Source: Auanema rhodensis
Lineage: Eukaryota; Animalia; Nematoda
NCBI GenBank assembly: GCA_964057225.1
Contig: OZ059896.1
Span: 10,602,001-10,666,000 of the forward strand
DNA length: 64,000 nucleotides
Direction of reading: 5' to 3'
In this document: positions 1 through 12,310 of the stretch, one piece after another
Layout: every line of letters begins with the position of its first letter
How positions within the stretch are numbered: the first letter of the stretch is position 1
Notes under the pieces: model-generated
Seen by the model: the letters and a program-made list of their open reading frames with translations, nothing else
What the model was told of the DNA's origin: nothing
The model's database searches: none
Made by a program: the position numbers and the translations under genes

Positions 1-925
1 ACTGGATTTTGACGGGAATAACGGTACGTGAACAACTGTGCAGAAAACGGAAAAATACCGATTTTGGGTAATGACCGAAAATTATCGGTTTACAGTTGGA
101 TGATCATAAGAAGCAGACAATAGGCTGGGTACAACGAATTCGCTGATAGGTTGGTTACTTTGATCGAAGGGAAAGCCAATGTTGAAGTTCACGACACTTG
201 TTGTAGCCGTTACGATATCTGCAATTTTTCAGAAGCAGCACAATGGAGAAGCCAAAAAAGGTAAAAAAAATAGGGCTTGACCTTGTGAACCGATAAGGTA
301 TTTCTGTCATTATTGCTTCTATTGCTTCCCCTATAAAAATTTGTCCATCTCACGTGGTTCTTGAAGATTGCTACGACTACGTCAAGCAGTTCTGGTTATA
401 TGTTGAAAAGAGTTGCCATTATATATGTGAAAAGATGGATGGACAGGTAAACATGATGGATGTGGATTCAGATTGCCAAACCAACGTGATCTTGAACGTG
501 AAGTTTCATATTTCGATACAGTATTTCATCTGTCCATCGACGTACTTTTCAAATTGTGATAAACAATCGTTGAGATAACATCACAAAGTTTTTAAATGAA
601 AAGAAATGAAAGAGAGAAAAGAAAGAAATTCTTCATCACGACAAGTAATTTTTAGTTTTGATAAACCGTTGACACTTCATAAAACATTATTCTCATTTGT
701 CTAGATAATAATGAGATTTTATTGTTGACAGAAATGTTTAAAAAACTGGGCAAAATCGTGAAAAAAACTGGGAAAGAATAAAAAGTTCTATATGGAGCAA
801 AGATTCATAGAAGAAACTATTCCGCTCATCATCAAGGTGTCGAAAATGAAGGTTCACGTAGAAAACTCCACATGGATCGCACAAACTCAAAATGTTTCCA
901 AAGAAATAAATAGATTAAAACGAAA

Positions 926-929
<4 letters not shown>

Positions 930-965
<36 letters not shown>
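930..965. repeat. (GA)n microsatellite
   Basis: Seen directly; a similar tract lies at about 2508-2545. Confidence 0.95.
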
Positions 966-971
<6 letters not shown>

Positions 972-2504
972 TAGATCTTGAGAGCGAGTGATGGTTGTGA
1001 ATATGGCATGTCAATAAGGAGTATAGATTATTATTTATAAATAGGTTATAAGAGAGGGATTGACAGCTTTTAGTAGCCAAATCTAAATAATTTTTTGAGA
1101 ATCAAATGATGATAATGGTTTATTGTATTCATAACCGTAAAGATTTTTTTCAAACTACCATTTGAATCAAAGTACAATCATCTTTTATCATTTTGAACAT
1201 TTATATTTAATTTGTTTAAAATGAAATTTATATTCAAATGATGATAAGATTTATAAAGTTAACCCAATGATTGCACTTTGAATAGAGAGCTCAATTAAAC
1301 TTCCTCGAATCTATAGAGAGTTTGATCTGTTATCAGCAATATTAGAGTGTTCCCTTGATTATGATGATAAATAAAAACATTTTATAATTATTCTGAATCT
1401 ATTCATGAAATTTTTGTAAATAAAGTACAAAATATTTTGATCACAAAAAAATCAACGTACTATCCAGAAAATTGCCATTATTATAAAAAGTTATTACATT
1501 CTGGATTGAAGAGTAGGAAGGAGGAAAGGGGGGGGGGGGTTAGCTGGTAAAGGGGTTAAGGGGGTAAAATGAAAATTGTTCAGATTATAATGTCATTCAA
1601 AGTGATCAGATATTGTAGGGCCAATCACCATTATAAGAACCCCTATCCTTATCTTTTTGTTAAACGGATCTTATCGCACTTATCTTTTTGATGCTTCTAT
1701 GTCTTTCGAGCTTTTTTCACACAAAGGACCTAAAAAAACTTTAGGGTATATGAATGATTTTGTGAGGAAGAGATCAAACCATCCCGTTCCTATCATGAAC
1801 AAAGGATCATATGATGTGTAAAACCATTTTTTGAGTCAAAAAAAGAAAAAAGAAATGTACAAAGTTACTCTTCATGACTTAATACCAAACGGATTTTTCT
1901 TCATTGTAGAATGTTTAAAGATAACTTTTTATCATTTCATCTAATTTCTACAAGACCAAATTTAAAAAAAAAAAAAGATGAAAAAGCTGATTTTATTCTT
2001 ATCTTTAGTAAAAGTTGAAATAATATAAATGTATATAGTTTTAGCTATCTAATAAATATATTAATTCGTATCAATTAATTAAAATTTTCTGTATTACAAA
2101 TTGAAAATTAAGTATCGTAATACAATCGTTTTTCCTAAATACTATAGGAATTAAAAGATTATTTATATGAACTTTGAAATATGATATCATTAAAAGAAAA
2201 TAATAGAAAGAAATGTCGTTATTAAGAACTTATAAGGATTATAGTATTAGGCAGCAGTTTATATACATGAATGTATAATGATATTTTTTAAATTTTATGA
2301 TTATTTTCATCTTTTTTTTTCTTTTTTTTTCAATTTTAAAATAAATATATTCAAATTTATGATTTATGATGTATCAATAGTTGCTCTAAGAATTCATCGT
2401 AGATTCAAAAAAAGATTATATCAAATAAAAATTCTTAAAGTGCATATTTAAAATGAACATCTTGATAAGGAGATACTTTGATAATGTTCAAATTTTATTT
2501 AAAA

Positions 2505-2545
<41 letters not shown>

Positions 2546-3267
2546 GGAGTGAGAGAATAATGAAAAACAGTGGCAAAATAAAGATGCAACCGAATACTAT
2601 AAAAGCTAAATTATACCACAATCATATCTAAATGTTTAAACAGATATTTTTTAAAGTTAATTGATTAACTATATTAATTATAATATAATTTTATATTTAT
2701 TAGTATATTATTTTTATTATAAAGATTTTACTTTAATAATAATAATAATAATTATTATTATTATTATTCAATTAAAGTTTTATATTACGGTTATCCAAAA
2801 AACTGTTTTACGTAAATATTTGGATGATAAGATAGGCATAGTTGGTGTACTAAAACAAAAAAAAGGCAAATAATCCTAATTATCTGGTTTATGGTAGTTC
2901 ATATGCCTGATCGGAAAACCATAAGCACGTACAAGCATGCTTATCAGCTCGTAAGCAATGCCATTGGATTATCGTCCCACCGTTCGCAATGATGACCCAG
3001 CCTCAAGATAAGCACTATGTGATCTTAGAATTTCATAGAAATTCTATGAATTATTTCAAATAGTTATAATATAATTATATTATAAATTAAAAATATTACA
3101 AATAGATACATATATAAATTTTTTTATAAAAATACAATAATTAATTATAAATAATATTATATAAAACGATGATATATAATGAAAATTATAATATTAATAA
3201 ATATTAATTTAATAATATTATATTAAAGCTGTTGTTTTTAAAACAAAAATTAATATTTTTTATTCTT

Positions 3268-4626
3268 TTATTGACGGTACGGAAATTCTGGCAATTGTTG
3301 AACTCTATTTTGATATGTTGGTACACCATGAATTTGAGGATTAACCATACGAGGAAAACCTGTAATAATATTTGTTGATGTGGTTTAATATTCTTGTATT
3401 ATTATATTAAAAAATAATGAAAAATAAACCATTCATAGATCCTGAGGGAAATCCTTCTAAGCCTTGTCCCATATTCATTGGTCCCTGGCCCATGTGTCCC
3501 ATTTCTCCCATTTGGCCCATTTGGCCCATTTGGCCCATTTGATTCATTTGGCCGGGCATAAAACCATTCATTCCTCCCGACATTCCAGGTTCAGATGAGC
3601 AACTGCAATCCATCTGTTGAGCTAATTGAACAAGATTAACTGAAAAAAACAGTTTGGCTACGATCACAGTGTTAACAGAGGAATACAGAAGACGAAAGAG
3701 ATTAATAACTAACCAAACTGATCAAATCCACCTTTTCCAGCATTATTTCTATTAATAATTTCATTTTGTCGTCGAACTTGTTCCTGTGAAAAAAAAAATT
3801 TTTTTTGGTTCAATCCAAATTATTTTTTTTCAAATTTGATGTATAAACAGAGAACTGTTTCCTTTTTATTCGTTTGTTTTAATAAAAAAAAATCAAAAGT
3901 TACGATTATATAAGAGATCAACACTTTTTACGATTTCTTTGCAAATATGGTCATTAAAAAGCAAAAAAATAATAATTTTCATGATAACGGAAATATAAAT
4001 TGGTATATATTCTCTAAGAACAACCAAAACTAACCTGCAATTGTTGAATTTGTTGTTGAGCTAATTGGTTTGCATCACTTGGAGTTGGAGCATTTACATT
4101 TGGAACTTTAGAATTACATTTACAATTAAAAGCAAAATTAACTGAAATATCACCCACACAATTCAAATTTAACTCAACTTTCAAATGTTTACCTGGAAGC
4201 ATTTGTGAGCTCATTGCTGATCTTGCTGAAGATGCTCCGCCACCAACCATATTCTAGAAACAAGTTTTTTCTTTTAATTTCATTTGTGAAAATTAGTAAT
4301 CGTTTGGTTTTTTTCTGCCTTCTTTTCCTCATTCTCCTCATCGTGTTTGAGTTATCAATTCAAAACATTAAACATCATAAAGTACCTGTCCAAAGATTCC
4401 CTGTCGAAGATATACTGATGGATCGAATTGCTCGCTTACTTCCACTTTACTATCAGTTGCAGTCTATGTTATAAATATATTTTTCAAATTCTCAAAATAA
4501 TTATTTAATAAATAAAATATTAAAAATCATGAATTGCAACTGATATAACTAAATTGAACTCACATTTGCAGAGAAGCATAGTGTAATGCACGTCACTTGA
4601 ATTAGGTTCCGAAGCAAAAAGTTCAT
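3268..4626 (-). CDS. Secreted Gln/Met/Gly-rich low-complexity protein (226 aa) with two CxC motifs; function unknown
   Basis: Seven GT-AG exons join in frame: 4626-4564, 4463-4386, 4253-4193, 4141-4035, 3783-3714, 3639-3430, 3359-3268. Hydrophobic N-terminus [20 protein letters not shown]; VNFAFNCKC and MDCSC motifs; (MGQ)n repeat; ends ...PEFPYRQ*. Confidence 0.8.
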
Positions 4627-7600
4627 TTTCGAAATTACCAAAATAAATTTGAAATATTGAATAATTCAAGCAAGTTGAACTTGTTGTGTATGAACAATTC
4701 TGATGGTTTGCAGTTGTCCAGTGGGAGGATGACCAGTCAGGTGGATCGGATAGAAGTTAGCTGTAACTACGATTAAACGACAAGTTAAAGCTGGATCATA
4801 GATATACAACTACACGTAAAAGTGTTATTTCAGCTGACCTTAATCCTTCGCATTTTTTTTGTTCAAACCTGATCTTTCAAACATATGTTGTAATTTCTTC
4901 ATTTTTCTTCGATGCCATTCTTTACTTATGTGTTTATCCCTTCTTCTATACCAGTTTGGACTGCTCTTTTCATTCCAGAATCTTAAAGCAAGATTTTCTA
5001 GTCAAGCCAAATATCTGAAGTGATGATTCATTCAGTTTATCTCCTTTTTTAGTCTTTTTTCTTCTTTTGTTACTATAAATCCCTCAGGTCATCCATGTAC
5101 ATAGTTCAGATAATCTATTGAATTTTTTTTGAATAAAATAACAGGTTTCCCAGAATTGCATTTCAATTATGCAGCCAAATTATAGAGTAAAACAAATTAA
5201 TTTTCATAATTTTATAGAAATTAAATAAAAATCTTAAAGATATTTTATATAATTATTATATAAATATGATGTTTAGAAAAAATTTTGTGACAAAATATTA
5301 CAAAATATAATTCTTGCATCCATGCGTATGTAAGTAACTCAATCCAACACATTTGAAATTAAAATTAGATAATGAAATGTAAATCAAAGATAAATATATG
5401 ATGTATCTATATAATATTTATTTTACATATTTCTTATTTAAATTTTTTGTTTCATTATACTTTTTATATTTAATATTATATTTATATTTATATTAATATG
5501 TACCTAACTAAATGTTTCTACAATTTTGCATAAAATTGTCATTTCCACATTCTTTAATTCAGAATAAAAGTTAAGAAAGGAAAGATCATATTCAAAATTC
5601 AAATATCAGAAACATTTTATCATTTAAATACTACAATTTTCTTTTTTTTTACAAGTTATCAAGTATTAATTATATATTAAAAGTAAAATATTTCGTTTTT
5701 TACAATTGAATAAAATTGTAGAAAATTTATTTTGTAACTATTATTTCGTAAAAAAAAAATAGTTTCTTTATTATTTTTTTTTATTCAACAACGTATTATT
5801 ATAATCTATACAATATTCTTAACAAAAAAAAATTATTGTTCTATGGATATATATATATAAAAACAAAGATGTGAACGAACATATACTTTATACGGTCTGT
5901 CTTCTATATTTTTTTCTCTCAAATAACCCCTCTCTGCAATGAATGTGACGAAAAAAAAAAGTTGTTTTGTATATTTTTCAAAGAATCTTAAAAGAAAACT
6001 TCTTTTTTTCAATATTTGAAGAATTTTCATGATATTCTCTCATCATATTCTACTCTCAACTGAATATAAAAATGTACTTGATGTTACAATCTTACGTATA
6101 TATATATGTATATTCATACAAATGTTTCATTGTATGTATCTTTGATCTTTGAAATCCTACATTCTTTAAACCAGACACCATGCCTTCTGAAGCTTAAATC
6201 TTTTTTCTCTCTCACAGTTCAATTATTTATTTCATCAAAAAATAACGATAATGAATGTAAATAACTGAATTTTATATTCAAGTTATTCATTTGTATTTCA
6301 TTAACTTTCAGGGTCGTATCACATCCTATTCATTTAAATTCGGCGGCTTTTTCACAAAAACATAAGTCTCACAGGAAAAACTAATGATTTGTTAGTTTTA
6401 ATATTCTATGGCCTGCTGATTCCAAAAAAAAAGAAGGAGAGTTGAGGAAATCAGATGCTTTCTTTCTCCATATATATAGATATATTTGGATATCTATCTA
6501 TCTATAAATATACATATGAATATGAATATTTATATTTATATATAGATATTTAAATTTTTCGTTTTCAATTACTTTTCTTATTCTTCTAAATCAATGTTTT
6601 AAACTAATGTTAAAGTATGTTCACTTTCTTCATTATAACATATTATTCACACATTCATACAAATCTTATTTTCATGTTTTCAAGTTCAACATTTTGTTTC
6701 TTACCAGAAATAACTTGACCTCTTCAAATCCTTGAAGCGCATGACGAAGTGATTGTCTTGAACAGCAACTTATCACACTTCAAATGCGTATGTATGTTCG
6801 TACATATTCGTCATTTTATCGTCAAATAGTCGTTTTGTATAATGAAAGATTTTTATAAATCATCCGTCATTTATTTCTTTTTTTCTTTTTTTTTTTGTTA
6901 ATCTTTTGATGAGAAATCTTACAATATCGACGACGACACACAGAAATGTCTGAGCATAAGGAGGAGGCGTTTAGCACTCTCAAGCTCACTCATCATATGC
7001 TTCTTCAATAATATTATATAAGTTATTAACAAAATATTTCATAATACTTTAGTAATATGTATATATATATGTCTTCTATATAGTTATATTTTTGTATTTC
7101 CTTTAATTTTTATTTATATTATATAAGTAAAAGCTAAATTTATAATTTTCATATTATATTTAATTATTTAAAAGTGTAAATATGAAAATTATATTTGATT
7201 TGCTTTAAACTTGTATTAAAATATCTCAACGGTCGAAGTTCAAATAGGATAAGCTTGTTCATTCATGTATTCACTCCCCCAGGCTCTTAGCTAACTCAAC
7301 ATAAGAAGATTGAAGATGTGTGAAAGATGCTTAAACATCATCTTTTCTCTAGAACCTATTTCATGAAACAACAATATTTCAAATATTTTCTCATTTAATA
7401 CTAATTTTAATTTTATAATCTCTCTATTTTGAGATTTATAACTAAATATATTCATACGTCTATCTATCTTATTAATAAAATAATAGCTAAAAATATAAAT
7501 GAGAAGGAAGTTAAAAATTACTTTTCAAATAAAAAAAAACTGATGTGATTCTTATATTTAATTCTTAATAATTGATTCATGTCTGAGAAATATCTCACCC

Positions 7601-10034
7601 TCTTCTTCCCTAAGCCAATGATTAAACGAATAAACTTACTTTACCTATTATTTCTTCAATTTAATCAAATCTTCATATGAAATTCTTCTTATAATTGGGA
7701 AAATTGATATTCTTTAGCCAAAAAGAAGAATATAAATATTATATTTTTAATAATTAATATGAAATTATCGTTATTTGTTCCGGTTTTTTACCCTTTTCTA
7801 GACACAGTTCAAGCAGCTTATTTTCAATTTTCTAATGGTGCATAGGCGTTAGTCCTTTTTTCAAGTTTATAATTTATTTTTCATTATGTACTTTTTAAGA
7901 ATATTTTCTATTTAACTTATAGAAAAAACAATTGAAAACTGAGTTAAGCTTATTACATCTTGAAACCATATACATACTTGCATACATACATCATGTACAT
8001 ATACATAATATGCATACCTTGAGCAAATCATCGATTTCCCTTCTTCTTTTTTTCTTCCCAAAATCCCTTTCATGTCATTTTTTTTTGAAAGAAATAATAA
8101 ATTTTTTCACTTTCATATACACAACATTACAGGTTTTCGTTTCAGCTTTTCATCCTTTATCTTCATTTTAAAATATAACTTCTTCCTTTTTTTTACGAAA
8201 AAGTTTTACTTAAATATGTAAAATTTTAAGTATATTTAAGGAAACTTGTATATTTGTCTTTGCCTAGTCCTGAAAAAAAGAAGGAATTTTCGCTTTTTAA
8301 AGATTTTGTTTTTTAAAATTTTCAAAGTTTTATCAATAATTCCGAAGATTTTTAGATTGCTTTAACACTTCTATCATCATGTAACTCTATTACTTTTTCT
8401 CATTTATTGACTATGTTTACCAACAAAAAAATATTTATTGAATATTTCCTAAATAATCTCATTTTCAGACACAAATATATTAAAAAGATTCATATAAATG
8501 AACTTTTTTTTTTTTTAGTTCATTTAATATATTTTCCTTTTCTCTGTCATTTTCCGCTGTCTTTCAATTATTTGATCGTCCATCTCTAGAATAAATCTTG
8601 AATAGTAGAGAAGTCTTATGAATAGTAGGCGGAAATTGTCTGAAATTCGTTGAGAACTTTTTGATTCTTTTTTTTTCTTAATTTCATATTATTCATTTAT
8701 ATATTTCAAAAAAAAATTTTTTTAATATAAAATATATAATTATAGATATAAAGTATATAGAAATGTATACATACTTACATCCATACTATACTATACTATA
8801 CTATATATGTATATTTATGTATTTCTCTATAAGATTTTTATCATTTAATATTCAAATTGTATTATTTTATTCAATTTCTTTTTATTTTAATCATTTTTAA
8901 AAAAAAATATATATATACATACATTCATTCATTCATATGTATGTACATATGAGCAAATGTCAATGGTTTCCTGAACTACTTACTTAAATCTATTTTATTA
9001 GAAAACTTCAAATTTTATTTGGCCTGTCACTAGCATTATAGTTTTTGTTTTTTTTTTCTAAATTTATATTTAAAATTGTTTTCTTATCAAGTAAACAACC
9101 GTAGCTTAAAATAAAGTTCAAATCTGTTTTTCTCTATATTAGTTAGATATTAGGATTTTATAAATTATATTTATTCTTCAGTATACATATATGTATATAT
9201 TTTAATTTTTTTTCTCATTTTAATTCAAACTTGAATAGTTTCAAGGCAATTCAAATATAGTTGTTTTCTATTTGTTTTTTGTTTTAAAGGAAAGAAAACA
9301 TTTTAATAAAATTTGAATCAAATATACATATATCAATGTTTGATTTCAATAGAATCTTTGACTCTCAATATTTGCAAGTTTACCCTTTTTGACAAAAAAA
9401 AACAACAACTCATTGACCCCAGTTTGTTTTCTTTTTTAAAAAATAATTTTTTTTTTAATTTTTATTATTCAAATGGTAAGCACCATTCAATCTTTATATG
9501 AGCCAAACAAACTTCTTTTGTTTTAAAATTGATTTGTGCTGTACACTGTGCCTAGTTCACTATAATTTATAATACTTAAATATAATTTATATACATTTAT
9601 AGATGAAAAATTTATTTTAAAAAATATTGTAGTTATATACATACATGTAGTTGATTATAGCCACAATTTTTTTTATTTACTTAAATGTATTTAAATAATT
9701 TTTTATAAATAATTAGTCTTTAGTCATAAGCTTGCTTATATAAAACATTATAAATATATTTTTATAAATAATATTACTTTTAATCTTATTTATTAAATAT
9801 TTGAGTATTATGATGATGATATTCAAAAGAATTTGAGCTTCTTACCTTTTGTATTCCAAGAAAAACACCTGCAGTTTCTTTTTTTTTACGTAAATAAAGA
9901 TTTATTTTCAAAAAATAAAAATTGTCAATAGCATTAATATATTTTATTTTTAGATTATTTCCGATTTTCAATGTATTTATAATTCAATCTTAAGTATATT
10001 TTTCTTTTAATATATGTTTATATGTGTATATGTA

Positions 10035-10704
10035 TATTAGGTCATCCAAATGAAACGTGACCCCCCCCCCCCCAATTAATTTGTTTTTTAAATTTAAATA
10101 AAATTTACAAACAAAAATTAAATTAGAATGTTTTTAAACAATTGCAAATTTATATTTTAAATTAATCTCAGCTCATTTGTCTGAAAAGCTTGTTTGATTT
10201 TGCTCTTTTTTTCATGTCTTTCGCTATGGATGCTCATATGTGCCATACTGCTCTTCGTTTTCTGGAATGTAAACGGTGTTCTCTACTATGAGATTCTTCC
10301 TTATGGAAAAATCATAGATGGGGAATGCTATTCTGAGCAATTCAAACGGTTTCATCATGTCATTGAAGCCAAAGAGTAGCTCAGAATTAGGAGCGTATCC
10401 TTGTTGAATGACAACGAGCACCCACCCTCTTGCGAAAGCACAAGAGACGCGTCTGGAGTTAGGTTGGGACGTTTTGAAGCACCTTCCCTATTCTCCAAAT
10501 CTAGCTCCAACAGATTTTTATCTGTTTACAACTATATAGCATAGTTTGAGGGGTCAAACTTTGAAAACAACACAGGAAGTTGAAAACTTTACAAAAATTG
10601 TTTTTGATTCTAAATCTAAATTATTTTTCTGAAAAGGAATTAGAACTACATAGGGTGGGGCTACGTTGGGCTACATAGGGGGGGATACGTTTCAATTGGA
10701 AGGC

Positions 10705-10710
<6 letters not shown>
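10035..10710 (+). mobile_element. Internally deleted, decayed mariner (Tc1/mariner) DNA transposon
   Basis: Degenerate terminal inverted repeats, TATTAGGTCATCCAAATGAAACGTGACCCC (10035) vs reverse complement TATTATGCCTTCCAATTGAAACGTATCCCC (10710), with TA at both ends. Transposase C-terminal remnant VFWNVNGVLYYEILP...LLNDN...WDVLKHLPYSPNLAPTDFYLF (cf. mariner YSPDLAPxD), interrupted by stops and a frameshift. Confidence 0.9.

Positions 10711-10780
<70 letters not shown>
10709..10780. repeat. (TA)n microsatellite at the mariner right end
   Basis: About 36 TA units starting at the element's TA terminus. Confidence 0.95.
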
Positions 10781-10781
<1 letters not shown>

Positions 10782-10836
10782 TGTATATATATATTTATGT
10801 ATATTTATTTGTTAAAGAAGAATAGATTTATTTCAG

Positions 10837-12183
10837 ATGTCCATGCGAGTGCTTTTCCCTTTTCTTGTGATCGCTGCCGTTGTATACACATATGAAGGTG
10901 ATTTTTATTACTTTATTTATAAATATAGTTTAATTTAAAACAAAAACACAAACCAATTTTTCAATATACATGTATACAGATTGATCTATATATCAGTTAG
11001 TATTGTATTTTTAAAATTGAAACTACATAATAGGGGATGTCTAATCAGAAGTGTTGGGTCCAATGTGTCCGTCGTAGTGTCTCGAATTCCCGAAATCTTT
11101 GTTTTTTTCAGCTAATTTTATACTTTTCAATTTAATTTACTATAATAATAGTTGATTATAATACATTGTTGTCAAGTACTCAGTTTCATTTGAAGTCCAA
11201 ATCTGGTCCGATGATAGACGGACATGTTTCATCCATAAGATTCAAACCAAAACTATTTTAAGATAAACAAACATATAAATATATATAATTAGAGATAATT
11301 CTTCAAAGATTTTATTGAACCTATGATAACATGTTTTTCTTTTGCTTGAAAGAACTTTAAAGTTTATATCATGCATTTATGATTAACAAGTGTCATCTGA
11401 AAGTAATAATAGGTCCATTTGTCGTTTTTATCATGTATAAAAGTATCAAAAAACAATAAGAAATATACTAAAAGTTCTTTTTTTTTTCTTTTAAAAAATA
11501 TATTTAAAACAAGAAATGAACAGATTAATTGAAAATATGTATTCATTGTGTTACATCTTTTGTACTTTATGTTTTAGAACGAATGTTATCCCCACTCGGC
11601 CTTAGCCCTATTTCGGTCGAAGTACAATCTGAAGGATCTGATCCAATACAACAAAGGTAGGATGAATTCAGCATATTCTCTTTTAAAAACAAATGAATGT
11701 TGAACTGACAATCTCTCTGGCATAATAAAGAAAAGAAACAATAGAATAAGTGAAAAGATTAAAGAATTTTGAAGAGAAATAGATAGAAAAAGTACTTCTT
11801 GTTTATATTCATATGTATATTTGTATTGAATCATAAATTCTGATGGAATGTTCCCTTCATCAATATATCTATTCTGATCAGACAAGAATACATTGAAATA
11901 AATGAAACAGTTAGAAAGCTTCGGAGAAAGTGTATCATTCATCCACAATCTCTTACAACTTTTTTTTTGAAGAACATTATTTATAACATTTCAACTGGCA
12001 ACTGTTCAATTTAACACAAAAACACATGAATTTTTTGTTTCAATATGCTTTATATTCTAGAATATAACTTAAAATAAAACTTTTTATTTTAGACCTATAC
12101 TGGTTCAAACTCGACGCTCACGTACGAAACTGGAGTGCATATTGAATCTTCGCAGTTTCGAGTTGTGCCGTAATCTTTTCTGA
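10837..12183 (+). CDS. Putative neuropeptide-like precursor (76 aa) with C-terminal two-Cys peptide
   Basis: TTTCAG immediately before the ATG. Exons 10837-10897, 11578-11656, 12093-12183 splice in phase to give MSMRVLFPFLVIAAVVYTYEERMLSPLGLSPISVEVQSEGSDPIQQRPILVQTRRSRTKLECILNLRSFELCRNLF*: signal peptide, acidic spacer, RRSR basic site, CX9C peptide. Confidence 0.75.
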
Positions 12184-12260
12184 TTATTATTGAGAACAAC
12201 AATAGAAAAATGACAACAGCAACTTTATGAGGAGGGTTTTCGAGAAATACAAATCTTTTG

Positions 12261-12310
<50 letters not shown>
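12261..12310. repeat. (CT)n microsatellite
   Basis: Seen directly; similar tracts near 13069-13120 and 27179-27226. Confidence 0.9.

Noticed and set aside
1-920. GC-richer segments with splice-like sites (e.g. TTTTCAG...MEKPKK|GT; IATTTSSSSGYMLKR...)
   Set aside because: No unique in-frame model or recognisable homology; the upstream context is missing.
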